NCBI GenBank assembly: GCA_035474195.1
Contig: DATINO010000080.1
Coordinates: 7,242-71,241 of the forward strand
DNA length: 64,000 nt
Direction: 5' to 3'
Origin: Gaiellaceae bacterium
Lineage (GTDB): Bacteria > Actinomycetota > Thermoleophilia > Gaiellales > Gaiellaceae
Shown: piece by piece, positions 35,731 through 45,668 of the stretch
Numbering within the stretch: the first letter of the stretch is position 1
Layout of the letters: every line of letters starts with the position of its first letter
Made by a program: the position numbers and the translations under genes
The notes under the pieces: generated by a model
Seen by the model: the letters and a program-made list of their open reading frames with translations, nothing else
Database searches by the model: none
Told to the model about the DNA's origin: nothing

Positions 35731-37590
35731 ATGAACGCAACGGCCGACACCATCAAGACGAATATCCCCGGTCGCCTCGACCGGCTTCCGTGGGCGAAGT
35801 TCCACTGGCTCGTGATCGGCGGGCTCGGAACCGTGTGGATCCTCGACGGGCTCGAGGTGACGATCGTCGGTGCGATCGCCCCGCGCCTGACGGAGAAGGG
35901 CAGCGGCATCTCGCTGACCGCGGGCTCGATCGGGACGGCAGCCGCGATCTACGTCGCGGGCGCCTGCCTCGGCGCGCTGTTCTTCGGTCAGCTCACCGAC
36001 CGGTTCGGCCGGAAGAAGCTGTTCATCATCACGCTCGGCGTCTACTTCGTCGCGACCGCGGCGACGGCGTTCGCGTGGGCGCCTTGGTACTTCTACCTCT
36101 GCCGTTTCGTCACCGGTGCCGGCATCGGCGGCGAGTACTCGGCGATCAACTCCGCGATCGACGAGCTGATCCCGGCCCGCGTGCGCGGGCGCGTCGACCT
36201 GATCATCAACGGCTCGTACTGGGTCGGCTCGATCGCCGGCTCGGCCGCGGCGCTCTTCTTCCTCAGCTCCGTCTTTCCGACGGACATCGGCTGGCGCATC
36301 ACGTTCGGGCTGGGCGCGGTGCTCGCCCTGTCGATCATGCTCGTCCGCCGCAGCGTGCCGGAGAGCCCGCGCTGGCTCTTCATCCACGGTCGCGAGGACG
36401 AGGCGGAACGCATCGTCAAGAGCATCGAGCGCGGCGTCGTCGAGGATACGGGCGACACGCTCGAGGAGGTCGACGACACGATCGAGGTCCGCCAGCGCGA
36501 GGTGATCCCCTTCCGGACGATCGGGGCGACGGCGTTCAAGCTCTACCCGCGCCGGGCGATCCTCGGACTCGCGCTCTTCGTCGGCCAGGCGTTCATCTAC
36601 AACGGGCTGACGTTCAACCTCGGCAACCTCTTCAGCACGTTCTACGGAGTGTCGTCGGGGTTCGTGCCGGTGTACATCATCGTGTTCGCCGCGGGCAACT
36701 TCCTCGGTCCCCTGATCCTCGGGCGGCTGTTCGACACCGTCGGCCGCATCCCGATGATCGCGGGAACCTACCTCGGCTCGGCTGCGGTCGCCGCCGTGCT
36801 CGCGTTCCTGTTCGCTGGGAAGACGCTCTCGTCGCCGTGGGTCTTCGAGGCCTTCATCTTCGCGACGTTCTTCCTCGCGTCGGCCGGTGCGAGCGCCGCG
36901 TACCTCACGGTGAGCGAGATCTTCCCGATGGAGACGCGCGCGCTGGCGATCGCGTTCTTCTATGCGATCGGCACGGGCATCGGCGGGATCATCGGGCCGC
37001 TGCTCTTCGGCCACCTGATCGGCACGAACGACCGGACGTGGGTGATGGTCGCGTTCCTGATCGGTGCCGGCGTGATGGCGATCGGCGGCATCGCGGAGAT
37101 CTTCCTCGGGGTGAACGCGGAGCAGGAGCAGCTGGAGGACATCGCGAAGCCGCTGACCGCCGAGGAGGCGGAGAGTGGCAAGCTCGCGGGCGACGAGGAC
37201 GACGAGGGCGACGACGGCGCCGCCGAAGAGCCGACCGGGCGCGAGCGCCGGTGGCAGGAGCGTGACGAGCGGCGGGCCAGTCGGGAGCGGGCGGGCGGCC
37301 GCCGGTACCGCCCGGGCCCGGGGATGGGCGAGGCCTTCTACTCGCCCGGCATGCTCGGCACGGCGGTGCATTCGCGTCCGGTGTCGCAGGCGATCCTCGA
37401 TCGTGAGATCGAGGCGATCGCCGCGGTCGTCGAGGAGAGCGGCCCGCTGCAGCGGGAGGAGATCGCGCAGCGCGCCGGCGCCCGTCGCTGGGGCCCGGGC
37501 AGGTTCCGGAACGCGCTGTACGAGGCCGAAGCAGAGGGCCGCATCCGCCGCATCTCGCGCACGATCTACGGACCGACGGGCGGTTCGTAG
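35731..37590 (+). CDS. MFS transporter (sugar-porter/SV2-like) with ~160-aa acidic/basic cytosolic C-terminal extension
   Basis: GQLTDRFGRKKLF (motif A) and ELIPARVRGR (second-half motif). 12 TM helices, then EEAESGKLAGDEDDEGDDGAAEE...RERRWQERDERR and a helical tail. Confidence 0.85.
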   Translation: MNATADTIKTNIPGRLDRLPWAKFHWLVIGGLGTVWILDGLEVTIVGAIAPRLTEKGSGISLTAGSIGTAAAIYVAGACLGALFFGQLTDRFGRKKLFIITLGVYFVATAATAFAWAPWYFYLCRFVTGAGIGGEYSAINSAIDELIPARVRGRVDLIINGSYWVGSIAGSAAALFFLSSVFPTDIGWRITFGLGAVLALSIMLVRRSVPESPRWLFIHGREDEAERIVKSIERGVVEDTGDTLEEVDDTIEVRQREVIPFRTIGATAFKLYPRRAILGLALFVGQAFIYNGLTFNLGNLFSTFYGVSSGFVPVYIIVFAAGNFLGPLILGRLFDTVGRIPMIAGTYLGSAAVAAVLAFLFAGKTLSSPWVFEAFIFATFFLASAGASAAYLTVSEIFPMETRALAIAFFYAIGTGIGGIIGPLLFGHLIGTNDRTWVMVAFLIGAGVMAIGGIAEIFLGVNAEQEQLEDIAKPLTAEEAESGKLAGDEDDEGDDGAAEEPTGRERRWQERDERRASRERAGGRRYRPGPGMGEAFYSPGMLGTAVHSRPVSQAILDREIEAIAAVVEESGPLQREEIAQRAGARRWGPGRFRNALYEAEAEGRIRRISRTIYGPTGGS

Positions 37591-37594
37591 CGAT

Positions 37595-37659
37595 TTGTGG
37601 CATGTCCTTGATGCGAAGCGCACTACCCGGTGCCTGGCACCAGACGTGGCCCGACCAGC
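37595..37659. repeat. REP-like palindromic element (core GGTGCCTGGCACC at 37629-37641)
   Basis: Near-identical to 17295-17362, and again in a convergent intergenic gap. The shared peptide artefact AKRTTRCLAPD appears in both overlapping track ORFs. Confidence 0.7.
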
Positions 37660-37719
37660 CGTGACAAAACGGGACGGTCGGCGGCGGCGGGGCGCGGCCG
37701 CGACACGCCCTCCGTCCGC

Positions 37720-38082
37720 CTAAGACGCCTCGCTCTCCTCGCGGAGGGCGGCTGTTGCTTCGCGCGAACGCGCCGCTTCGGCGCGCAGGTCGTCTTCGCT
37801 CCGCGCGTCGTGCTCGGCCTGCTCGACCTCACCTTCGTCGCCGGCGACCGTCGGCGGGCGAGTCGCCGTCGTGGGACTCGGCCCGTCGGGCGCCGCGGAA
37901 CGGCGCAGCTCCGCGACCGCGATCGCGAGCTCCTCGAGACCGGCGGCGAGGCCGCGGCCCCAACCGTCGATCCGCATCGCGAGGCGGGTCTCGAGATCTG
38001 CGCCGCCCGACTCCTCGAGCAGCTTCGTCGCCTCTGCGACAGGAGCCTCGATCGCCTTCTGCACACGCTCGCGCTCGGGCAT
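37720..38082 (-). CDS. hypothetical acidic helical protein
   Basis: 120-aa ORF with GC3-rich codons. No family recognised. Confidence 0.45.
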   Translation of the reverse strand: MPERERVQKAIEAPVAEATKLLEESGGADLETRLAMRIDGWGRGLAAGLEELAIAVAELRRSAAPDGPSPTTATRPPTVAGDEGEVEQAEHDARSEDDLRAEAARSREATAALREESEAS

Positions 38083-38129
38083 CGCGTTCTTCTACTCGTG
38101 CCTGCGAATGTGAAACGTAGGCTAGGTCG

Positions 38130-39278
38130 GTGAGCGACCACGCTGACATCCGCGGCGCAGTCGGCGAGCTGTGCGCGCGCTTCCCCGGTGAGTACTGGCG
38201 AGGGCTGGAGCCCGACAGATATCCCGACGAATTCGTGCGTGCGCTCACCGCCGGCGGCTGGCTCAGCGTCCTCATCCCCGCCGAGCACGGCGGCGCCGGG
38301 CTCGGGCTGGACGAGGCGAGCGTCGTCCTCGAGGAGATCAACGCATCCGGCGGCAACGCCGCCGCATGCCACGCGCAGATGTACACCATGGGGACGATCC
38401 TGCGGCACGGCTCGCCCGAGCAGAAGCAGCGGTGGCTGCCTCAGATTGCGGCCGGGTCGCTCCGCCTGCAGGCGTTCGGCGTGACGGAGCCGACCGCCGG
38501 CAGCGATACGACGCGCATCGAGACGACCGCCGAGCGCACTGCGGACGGCTACATCGTGCGCGGCCAGAAGATCTGGACGTCGCGTGCACTCCACACCGAC
38601 CTGATGCTGCTGCTCGCGCGCACGACGCCGCTCGACCAGGTCGAGAAGCGAACGCACGGCCTCTCGACGTTCATCGTCGACCTGCGCGCGGCGGCCACGG
38701 CCGGGACGCTCACGATCCGCCCGATCAAGACGATGATGAACCACGCGACCACCGAAGTGTTCTTCGACGGTGTCGAGCTTCCGGCCGACGCACTCGTCGG
38801 AGTCGAGGGAAGCGGCTTTCGCCAGATCCTGGACGGCATGAACGCGGAGCGCATCCTGATCGCCGCGGAGTGCGTCGGCGACGGTCGGTGGTTCGTCGAC
38901 AAAGCAGCGCGCTACGCGTCGGAACGCATCGTGTTCGGGAAGCCGATTGCCGCCAACCAGGGCGTGCAGTTCCCGATCGCGCGTGCGCACGCGGCCGTCC
39001 ACGCGGCCGACCTCGTCAGACGCGAAGCCTCCAGCTTGTTCGACCAGGGCGCCGACTGCGGCGCCGAGGCGAACATGGCGAAGCTTCTCGCCTCCGAGGC
39101 GTCATGGCTTGCGGCGAACGCGTGTCTCGACGCGCACGGCGGCTTCGGCTTCGCCGTCGACTTCGACGTCGAGCGAAAGTTTCGCGAGACGCGCCTCTAC
39201 TCGATCGCGCCGGTCTCGAACAACCTGGTCCTCGCCTACCTCGGCGAGCACGTCCTCGACATGCCGCGCTCGTACTAG
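38130..39278 (+). CDS. acyl-CoA dehydrogenase
   Basis: AFGVTEPTAGSDTT...GYIVRGQKIWTSRA and a C-terminal ACAD helical domain (GGFGFAVDFDVERKFRETRLY). Confidence 0.9.
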   Translation: MSDHADIRGAVGELCARFPGEYWRGLEPDRYPDEFVRALTAGGWLSVLIPAEHGGAGLGLDEASVVLEEINASGGNAAACHAQMYTMGTILRHGSPEQKQRWLPQIAAGSLRLQAFGVTEPTAGSDTTRIETTAERTADGYIVRGQKIWTSRALHTDLMLLLARTTPLDQVEKRTHGLSTFIVDLRAAATAGTLTIRPIKTMMNHATTEVFFDGVELPADALVGVEGSGFRQILDGMNAERILIAAECVGDGRWFVDKAARYASERIVFGKPIAANQGVQFPIARAHAAVHAADLVRREASSLFDQGADCGAEANMAKLLASEASWLAANACLDAHGGFGFAVDFDVERKFRETRLYSIAPVSNNLVLAYLGEHVLDMPRSY

Positions 39279-39287
39279 GCTTCGGTC

Positions 39288-39455
39288 ATGGCAAAGACCG
39301 GTCACTTCCTGGGCATTCCGTACGACTGGCGACGTCCGACCGTCGCCCGCGCGAAGTCCCGCTGGTGGAACCCCGACGACCCGCGCGTCTTCACCCCGAA
39401 GACCTTCGGCTGGGGCTGGGACATCAACCTCGCGCGTTTGCTCCGCCGCCGCTAG
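39288..39455 (+). CDS. small DUF5808-like protein (55 aa), below the ORF-track cutoff
   Basis: My translation: MAKTGHFLGIPYDWRRPTVARAKSRWWNPDDPRVFTPKTFGWGWDINLARLLRRR. The pattern GIPYDWRRPT...WWNP.D.R.F.PK.FGWGW matches that family as I recall it. Confidence 0.6.
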   Translation: MAKTGHFLGIPYDWRRPTVARAKSRWWNPDDPRVFTPKTFGWGWDINLARLLRRR

Positions 39456-39491
39456 AGGTACCTGCTCGGTGAACAACCGAGGAGGGACCTG

Positions 39492-39656
39492 ATGCCGCCA
39501 CGTGGCGTGAAGAAGGGCACGAAGAGAGCCCGCCAGTACGAGCACATCAAGGAGAGCGAGCGCAAGCAGGGACGTTCGGAGGACCGCGCCGAGGAGATCG
39601 CCGCCCGCACGGTCAACAAGCAGAAGGCCGAGGCAGGCGAGACGAAGAAGGGCTAG
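39492..39656 (+). CDS. small basic hypothetical protein (54 aa), below the ORF-track cutoff
   Basis: GGAGGGA lies 4 nt before the ATG. Sequence MPPRGVKKGTKRARQYEHIKESERKQGRSEDRAEEIAARTVNKQKAEAGETKKG. GC3-rich codons. Confidence 0.55.
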   Translation: MPPRGVKKGTKRARQYEHIKESERKQGRSEDRAEEIAARTVNKQKAEAGETKKG

Positions 39657-40609
39657 CCCGCGAGCAGCTCGCGCAGCTGCTCTGGGCTCACGTTGCCGCC
39701 GCTTGCGATCAGTGCGACGCGTCGTCCGGCCAGGTCGCCGCCGAGCTGCAGCGCAGCCGCGAGCGGCGACGCGCCCGCCGCTTCGATCAGGTTGCGCGTC
39801 GACTCGATCATCGCCCGCTGAGCGGCGCGGATCTCGTCGTCGCTGACGAGAACGAAGTCGTCGAGCAGCTCCCACATGATCTGCTGCGGGAGCTCGAATG
39901 CGACGCGCGTCGCAAGGCCCTCTGCGAACGTCCTCATCTCGTCCTCGAGCAGCGCACGCTCGCGCCAAGAACGGAATGCGGCGGGCGCCGCGTCCGATTG
40001 CACGCCGACCACGCGGATCGACGGGTCGATCGTCTTCGCGACGATCACCGCGCCGGCCGCGCCGCTACCGCCGCCGACCGGGACGATGATCGTGTCGATA
40101 CGCGGCTCGTCTTCGAGTAGCTCGAGCGTCGCAGTCGCGACGCCCGCAATCAGGTGCGGCTCGTTCCCTGAGTGGATGTACCGGAAGCCGTGCTCGATCG
40201 AGAGTTGCTCGGCGAGCTCACGGGCCTCGTCGAAATCGACGCCGTTCGGAACGACCTCGGCACCGAGATCCCGCATCGCCGCGACCTTGATCGGGTTCGC
40301 GTTCTCCGGGACGCAGATCACCGCTTTGACGCCGTGGAGGCGTGCGCCCAGCGCGATCGACTGGCCGTGGTTCCCGGTCGACGAGGCGACCACGCCGCGC
40401 TCGCGTTCGTCCTGGCCGAGTTGGGAGACGAGGTTGATGCCCCCGCGCACCTTGAACGCACCGGTCGGCAGGTGGTTCTCGTGCTTGACGAACACCGGCG
40501 CGCCGACCAGGCGGCCGAGCGGTGGGTACTCGCGGAGCGGGGTTCGCAGGAGATGCGGCGCGATGCGCGTGCGCGCCTCGAGCACATCGGCGAACGTCGG
40601 GGCTTCCAC
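39653..40609 (-). CDS. PLP-dependent threonine/serine dehydratase family enzyme
   Basis: HENHLPTGAFKVRGG (PLP lysine), SSTGNHGQS and GGGSGAAG loop. Confidence 0.85.
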   Translation of the reverse strand: MEAPTFADVLEARTRIAPHLLRTPLREYPPLGRLVGAPVFVKHENHLPTGAFKVRGGINLVSQLGQDERERGVVASSTGNHGQSIALGARLHGVKAVICVPENANPIKVAAMRDLGAEVVPNGVDFDEARELAEQLSIEHGFRYIHSGNEPHLIAGVATATLELLEDEPRIDTIIVPVGGGSGAAGAVIVAKTIDPSIRVVGVQSDAAPAAFRSWRERALLEDEMRTFAEGLATRVAFELPQQIMWELLDDFVLVSDDEIRAAQRAMIESTRNLIEAAGASPLAAALQLGGDLAGRRVALIASGGNVSPEQLRELLAG

Positions 40610-40637
40610 CCCTACATCTTGAACCTGCGACCTCTCG

Positions 40638-40895
40638 TCAGGGACGGAGGTGCGCGAAGTCGTCGCGGACGTGCGCCTCGAGCGCCTCGATCATCCGCCG
40701 GTCGACGAGCAGGCGACGGCAGAAGCTGTCGCTGCCGCAGCGGCGGACGTACGGGTCGGCGAGGATGTCGCTCAGCGGCCGCCCCGCGGCGTGCTCGCGG
40801 AGGAGATACGCGCGCAACCGCGCCTCACGGAACGGACGGCGTCCGAGGAAGAGGTACGGGTTGCCGCCCAAGCTGCGGCCTCTCCGCTTGAACAT
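40638..40895 (-). CDS. hypothetical protein
   Basis: 85-aa ORF with an ATG start and GC3-rich codons. No family recognised. Confidence 0.45.
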   Translation of the reverse strand: MFKRRGRSLGGNPYLFLGRRPFREARLRAYLLREHAAGRPLSDILADPYVRRCGSDSFCRRLLVDRRMIEALEAHVRDDFAHLRP

Positions 40896-40918
40896 CGTTC
40901 CCCGATGTTATCAGGTCG

Positions 40919-41314
40919 CTACGACGGTAACGCGCCGGAGACGTGCGCGAAGACCCTGGCGACGATCTGCCAGCGGTCGTCGAACCTCACCAGCGAGAAG
41001 AAGCTCGTGAACGACGCCGTCCCCCAGCAGCCGTCTTCCTCTACGGTCGCGCGCGCGACGTCCCCGGCCTGCTCGATCGACATGATGTGCGCCGTGTAGC
41101 GGCCATCGCTGTTGCGTGGCGCTCGTTCTTCCATCGCGATCATCTCGGCGACAGCGAGGTCGTACCGTGTTCCGTTGAGCGACCCGTAGGTCCGCGCATG
41201 TTCATGGAACGCCTGCCTCAGCTTGGTGGAATCACCGTTCGCCGACCCTTCGATGTAGAGCCGAAGAACGCCGGTGATCGCCTCGTCTTCAACGAGGCCA
41301 CGGCTGCCGATCAT
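40919..41314 (-). CDS. NTF2-like (SnoaL/lumazine-binding-like) protein
   Basis: LRLYIEGSANGDSTKLRQAFHEHA...FFSLVRFDDRWQIV is typical of NTF2-fold proteins. Start trimmed to ATG 41314. Confidence 0.65.
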   Translation of the reverse strand: MIGSRGLVEDEAITGVLRLYIEGSANGDSTKLRQAFHEHARTYGSLNGTRYDLAVAEMIAMEERAPRNSDGRYTAHIMSIEQAGDVARATVEEDGCWGTASFTSFFSLVRFDDRWQIVARVFAHVSGALPS

Positions 41315-41433
41315 CCCCGGATTGTCGCCGTTCCGGGCCCCGGACGCCAGTCGGAGTGTCAGTCGTCGCCGTATTCGTCGTCGGTGATGTGGCTCATGAA
41401 GCGGTCTGGCGCCGCGCCGTGCCACCGATACGG

Positions 41434-41841
41434 CTAGCTCACCGCCTGCTTGACGAGCTTCGTGATCGTCTTCTCGTCGGCGGGGCTCAGCTTCGTCAGT
41501 GCGAACTCGGTCGGCCACATCGAGCCGGCGTCGAGGTTCGCGTTGTCGCTGAAGCCGAGGTTCGAGTACCTCGACTTGAACTTGCCCGCGTTCTTGAAGA
41601 ACACGACGACCTTGCCGTCCTTGGCATAGGCCGGCATCCCGTACCACGTCTTCGGAGTGAGCCCGGGCGCGGCGGCCCTGATGAGCTCGTCGACCCGCTT
41701 CGCGAGGGCGCGGTCCTGCGGCGACATTGCTGCGATCGCGGCTCGCACGGCGCTGTCGCCGTCCTCCTTCTCCTTCAGCTCCTTCGCCCGCGCTCTCATC
41801 GCCGCCTTCTCTTCGGCGGTGAACCCTTTCTTCTCAGCCAT
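41434..41841 (-). CDS. DUF1801 (YdhG-like) domain protein
   Basis: KTWYGMPAYAKDGKVVVFF pattern and an N-terminal Lys/Glu-rich helix. Confidence 0.7.
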   Translation of the reverse strand: MAEKKGFTAEEKAAMRARAKELKEKEDGDSAVRAAIAAMSPQDRALAKRVDELIRAAAPGLTPKTWYGMPAYAKDGKVVVFFKNAGKFKSRYSNLGFSDNANLDAGSMWPTEFALTKLSPADEKTITKLVKQAVS

Positions 41842-42274
41842 TGCGCACCTCCGTCAGCTTTGCCAGCACCTCGTCGATGCGTGCGAATCCGCCCTTCGCA
41901 CCTTCTTCGACGCCGTAGTTCATCGTCGTGTCGCGCTCCTCCATCGTGGCGAAGAGCATCGTCTGCGTCAGCCTCGTCTGCTCGCCGAGGTCCTCGAACT
42001 CGAGCGTCTGCAGATGGTTCTGGAACGTCTGCACGAGCCGCTCGGGCGGGTCGACCTCCCGGAACTCGCCTTCGACGACCCCGTACGCCGTCTTGAAGCG
42101 GTACGTGCCGCCGGCGCGAACGTCCATCTCCTCGACGACCGTGCCGTCGCCCCACCACTCGGGGATCAGCTCCGGATTCGTCCAGACCGAGAAGACGTGC
42201 GCGCGCGGCGCGTCGAAGACCCGCTCGACGCGGATCTCGAGCTCGCTCGGTTTGGTGATCGTGGTGGTGTTCAT
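41834..42274 (-). CDS. SRPBCC-superfamily protein (AHSA1/Aha1-like)
   Basis: LEIRVERVFDAPRAHVFSVWTNPELIPEWWG is a canonical AHSA1 N-terminus. Its ATG overlaps the ArsR stop (ATGA). Confidence 0.8.
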   Translation of the reverse strand: MNTTTITKPSELEIRVERVFDAPRAHVFSVWTNPELIPEWWGDGTVVEEMDVRAGGTYRFKTAYGVVEGEFREVDPPERLVQTFQNHLQTLEFEDLGEQTRLTQTMLFATMEERDTTMNYGVEEGAKGGFARIDEVLAKLTEVRNG

Positions 42275-42582
42275 CGCGTTCCTTTCGTTCGTTCGACGAC
42301 CTGGGCGAAGCGGTCGAGCCGCTGCAGCCACGTCGTGATTCCCTCGAACGCGTACGGCGTCAGCATGCAGCGCCGCACGCGGCCGACCTTTTCCGTCGTG
42401 ACGAGCTCCGCTTCCTCGAGCAGCCGAATGTGCTTCTTCATTCCCGTGAGGGACATTCCGAAAGGCGCGGCGAGCTCGCTGATCGTCGCATTGCCGAGGC
42501 CGAGCCGTTCGAGCACGGCGCGGCGAGTCGGGTCGGCGAGTGCGGCGAAGGCGCGGTCGACAGACGTCGGATACTGAACCAT
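42271..42582 (-). CDS. ArsR/SmtB-family transcriptional regulator
   Basis: FAALADPTRRAVLERL...ISELAAPFGMSLTGMKKHIRLLEEAELV. Confidence 0.85.
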   Translation of the reverse strand: MVQYPTSVDRAFAALADPTRRAVLERLGLGNATISELAAPFGMSLTGMKKHIRLLEEAELVTTEKVGRVRRCMLTPYAFEGITTWLQRLDRFAQVVERTKGTR

Positions 42583-42650
42583 TAAGTTCAGTATAGCAGG
42601 TCGCGCAGCCTGCTGGAACGTCGTCGTGAGCTGCTGGTCGCGGCATCCAG

Positions 42651-42920
42651 TCAGCTATGACCGGGCCAGGGCGAACGTGCGGCGTGGAGGATGCGCTCGA
42701 ACGGGACTTGTGCCCGTTCTGCGACGGCTCGCACCGTGTCGGCCGCTCCGTCGAACTGGCACAGGACGACCTCGTCTTCTCGCAGCAGGATCGACCCGAG
42801 ATAGCGGACGTCGAGTCCAGTCGCCGCCTGCGCGACGCGGCGGTCGAGCGCCTCGAGGTCGGCTTCGCTGACGTCCGGCCAGAAGCACTCGGCGATGAAG
42901 CCGCAGGGTTCGGTGTCCAT
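42651..42920 (-). CDS. DUF4242-like small protein
   Basis: 89 aa, FIAECFWPDVSEADLEALD...VLCQFDGAADTVRAVAERAQVPFERI, matching the DUF4242 pattern as recalled. Confidence 0.5.
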   Translation of the reverse strand: MDTEPCGFIAECFWPDVSEADLEALDRRVAQAATGLDVRYLGSILLREDEVVLCQFDGAADTVRAVAERAQVPFERILHAARSPWPGHS

Positions 42921-42968
42921 CTCCGTGGACGGTAGGCGCGGCGGCCCGGCGCGGAAACGGTGACCTCC

Positions 42969-45668
42969 CTACGAAATGTGCTCCGTCTCGCGGAGAGCCC
43001 GGTCGAGTTGCCCGCGCGAGGAGATCGCCAGCTTGCGATAGATGCGCGCGAGCGTCGCCTCGACCGTCTTCCGCGAGACGAACACCTGGGCTGCGATCTC
43101 GGGGTTCGTCAGCCCGTTCGCCGCGAGTTGGGCGACGCGCAGCTCGTTCGGCGTGAGCCCTTCCGGCGCGCGGCGAGCCGCGACGCGTCGGCGCTCGGCG
43201 TCCGTGCGCGCGACCCAGGCGTCCGCGCCGAGGCTCGCGAACACAGCTGCCGCCTCGTCGAGCGCGGTGCGTGCCTCGCGCTTGCGCTTCAGCCGGCGCA
43301 GGATCTGGCCTTGGACGAGCAGCGTCCTCGCCCGCTCGTACGGCATCGGGCAATCCGCCTGCTCGGTCAGCGCGCGGACGAGCGCTGCGGCAGCTTCCTC
43401 GACGTCGCCGCCCGCGGCGAGCAGCAGGCCGCGGCCGCGCGCGGCGACGACGCGGTTCCACGGGATGCCGGTTCGAATGGCCTGTTCCTCGACCCGTGCG
43501 ACGAGTCGCTCTGCGCGCTCGAGCGCTCCGCAGGCGACCGCAGCTTCGATTGCGTCGCCCTCGACGCGCCACACTGCCGGCTCGCGGAAGTCGACGCGCT
43601 CGAACACCTCGATCGCGCGCGCGAGATGCTCATCGGCCGCGACGACGTCGCCCGCTGCGAGCCTCGCGAGGCCGATGCACCGGTCGTGGATCGCCGCGAT
43701 CACTGGCTCCGAAGGCGCCGGCCCCGCAGCGGCGAGCGTCTCGTCGAGCCGGCCCGCGTAGGCGTGAAGGTACGCGCGCCACGGCCCGATGCCCTCCGGC
43801 TCGACTCCCTGCTGGTCGAAGGCGTCGCTCATGCGCTGCGTGAGCACGGCCGCGTCGTCCCAGTTCCCGGCCCAGGTCTCGACGACGAGCTTGTTCAGCA
43901 GGATGTTGCCGAGCGACGCCTCGTCGCCTTCGTCGCGTGCCTGCTGCTCCGCTTCGTCGAGCCGCGCTCGCGCACCGTCGAGATCGTCGACGTACCTCAG
44001 CCACTGTCCGAGCCTGAACACGAGGCGCCCGTCGATCGCGACCGGCAGCGCAGGCGCCGAGAGCTCGAGTACTTCGGCGCGCTCGGCTGCCTCGGAGTCG
44101 AAGCCGTTGCCGAGGAACAGGTCAGCCCGCACGCGCGCGCCGAGCGCCGCCGCGGCGAGCGCCGGCTCCTCCGACTCGTGTCCCTCGAGCAGCTCGCAGG
44201 CTGCGCGGGCTGCCCTCCCGGCCTGCTCGAGGTCGACGGTCCCCGAATACATCGCGAGCTGGGCGAGACAGCGGGCGCGCTGAAGCAGGCTCTCGGCGCT
44301 TTCGAGTGCCTTCTCCGCCAATGCGGCCGCCGCCGACTCGCCCTTGCGCCAGTAGTCGATCTCGGCGAGCGCCATCAGTGCGCGCGAGCGGCGGTCGCCC
44401 GGCGCGAGCGTCTCGAGCAGCTCGTCGAGGACGGCGCGCGCCCGCGCGAAGTCGCTCGCGAGATACAGATGCTCTGCGAGCTCGAGCTGCAGCCGTTGCG
44501 ACTCCCCGGTGCCGGCCGGCACGAGGCGCAACGCAAGCTCGAGCAGGGTCGCGGCGGTGTCCGGCGCCGCGCGTGAGCGGGCATGTTGCGCTGCCGACTC
44601 GAGTGCGGCCACCACGTCCGGATCGGGACCGTCGCTCGCAAGCGCGAGGTGATGCGCGCGCTCGATCGGATCGGCGACGATCGCTGCAAGGTCGCCGTGA
44701 ACCACGCGCCGTCGTGACGTCGCGGCGGCGGCGTAGACGGCGGAGGCGAACAGCGGATGCGTAAAGCGCACGCGGCCGAACGCGTCGATCGACACGAGGC
44801 CCGACTCCTCGGCTGCCGCGAGAGCCGTCGCATCGACGAGCGCGGTGTCCGGGCGCGTGAGCGCGGCGACGCGAAGCAGTGCGTCGCGGGTCGGCGCAGG
44901 CAGCGCTCGCACGCGCGCGCGCACGAGAGCGCCGAGGCTGTCCGGGACCGGGAGCGGTGCGATGGAGTCCTGCACGCCACGGCGCTCCAGCTCGCGCGCG
45001 ATCTCGATCGCGTGGAACGGGTTGCCGCCCGAAGCTTCGGCGATCCGAATCAGGATCGGGCGCGCGAACGTCCTGCCGACCGTGTCGCCGAGGATGCGGT
45101 GGAGCGCTGCGACGGAGAGCGGTCCCACCTCGATGCGCTCCGTTGCGAGCCCATCAGGTCCGGTCGCGCCGGAACGCAGCGAGAAGATCACGCGCACGTT
45201 CTCCCCGTCGAGTCGCCGCAGTGCGAACTCGAGCGCGACGGCGGACGGTGGGTCGAGCCATTGCAGGTCGTCGATCGCCATCACGACGTCGGACTCGGTC
45301 GCGAGCTCCCGGAGCAGGGTCAGGAGGGCGGTGGCGACGACGCGTCGCCCGGGCGGACCGGTGGAGTCCGCACGCAGCAGTGCGACGTCGAGTCCACGGC
45401 GTTGCGGGGCCGGCAGCGAGTCGAACACGTCAGGCGGCAGCGCCGACGTCAGGTCTGCGACGCCGCCGAACGACAGGCGGGCCTCCGACTCGGCGGGCCG
45501 CGCCACGAGAATCGTTGCTCCCCGCGCCTGCGCCCGCTCGACCGCCTCACGCCAGACCGTCGTCTTGCCGATACCCGGATCACCGACGATCGCGAGCGCC
45601 CGTGCCGTTCCGTCGAGGAACGCGTCGAGTGCCTTCAGTTCAGGCTCGCGGCCAACGACCCCCGGCAT
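42969..45668 (-). CDS. LAL-type (large ATP-binding LuxR-family) transcriptional regulator
   Basis: N-terminal Walker A IVGDPGIGKTTVW, a long TPR-like middle region and a C-terminal LuxR HTH LTPNELRVAQLAANGLTNPEIAAQVFVSRKTVEATLARIYRKL. Confidence 0.85.
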   Translation of the reverse strand: MPGVVGREPELKALDAFLDGTARALAIVGDPGIGKTTVWREAVERAQARGATILVARPAESEARLSFGGVADLTSALPPDVFDSLPAPQRRGLDVALLRADSTGPPGRRVVATALLTLLRELATESDVVMAIDDLQWLDPPSAVALEFALRRLDGENVRVIFSLRSGATGPDGLATERIEVGPLSVAALHRILGDTVGRTFARPILIRIAEASGGNPFHAIEIARELERRGVQDSIAPLPVPDSLGALVRARVRALPAPTRDALLRVAALTRPDTALVDATALAAAEESGLVSIDAFGRVRFTHPLFASAVYAAAATSRRRVVHGDLAAIVADPIERAHHLALASDGPDPDVVAALESAAQHARSRAAPDTAATLLELALRLVPAGTGESQRLQLELAEHLYLASDFARARAVLDELLETLAPGDRRSRALMALAEIDYWRKGESAAAALAEKALESAESLLQRARCLAQLAMYSGTVDLEQAGRAARAACELLEGHESEEPALAAAALGARVRADLFLGNGFDSEAAERAEVLELSAPALPVAIDGRLVFRLGQWLRYVDDLDGARARLDEAEQQARDEGDEASLGNILLNKLVVETWAGNWDDAAVLTQRMSDAFDQQGVEPEGIGPWRAYLHAYAGRLDETLAAAGPAPSEPVIAAIHDRCIGLARLAAGDVVAADEHLARAIEVFERVDFREPAVWRVEGDAIEAAVACGALERAERLVARVEEQAIRTGIPWNRVVAARGRGLLLAAGGDVEEAAAALVRALTEQADCPMPYERARTLLVQGQILRRLKRKREARTALDEAAAVFASLGADAWVARTDAERRRVAARRAPEGLTPNELRVAQLAANGLTNPEIAAQVFVSRKTVEATLARIYRKLAISSRGQLDRALRETEHIS

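Noticed and set aside
41344-41382. 12-codon minus-strand ORF MSHITDDEYGDD in the gap between the DUF1801 and NTF2-like genes.
   Set aside because: It has no Shine-Dalgarno sequence, is very short, and has no supporting structure or conservation evidence available.
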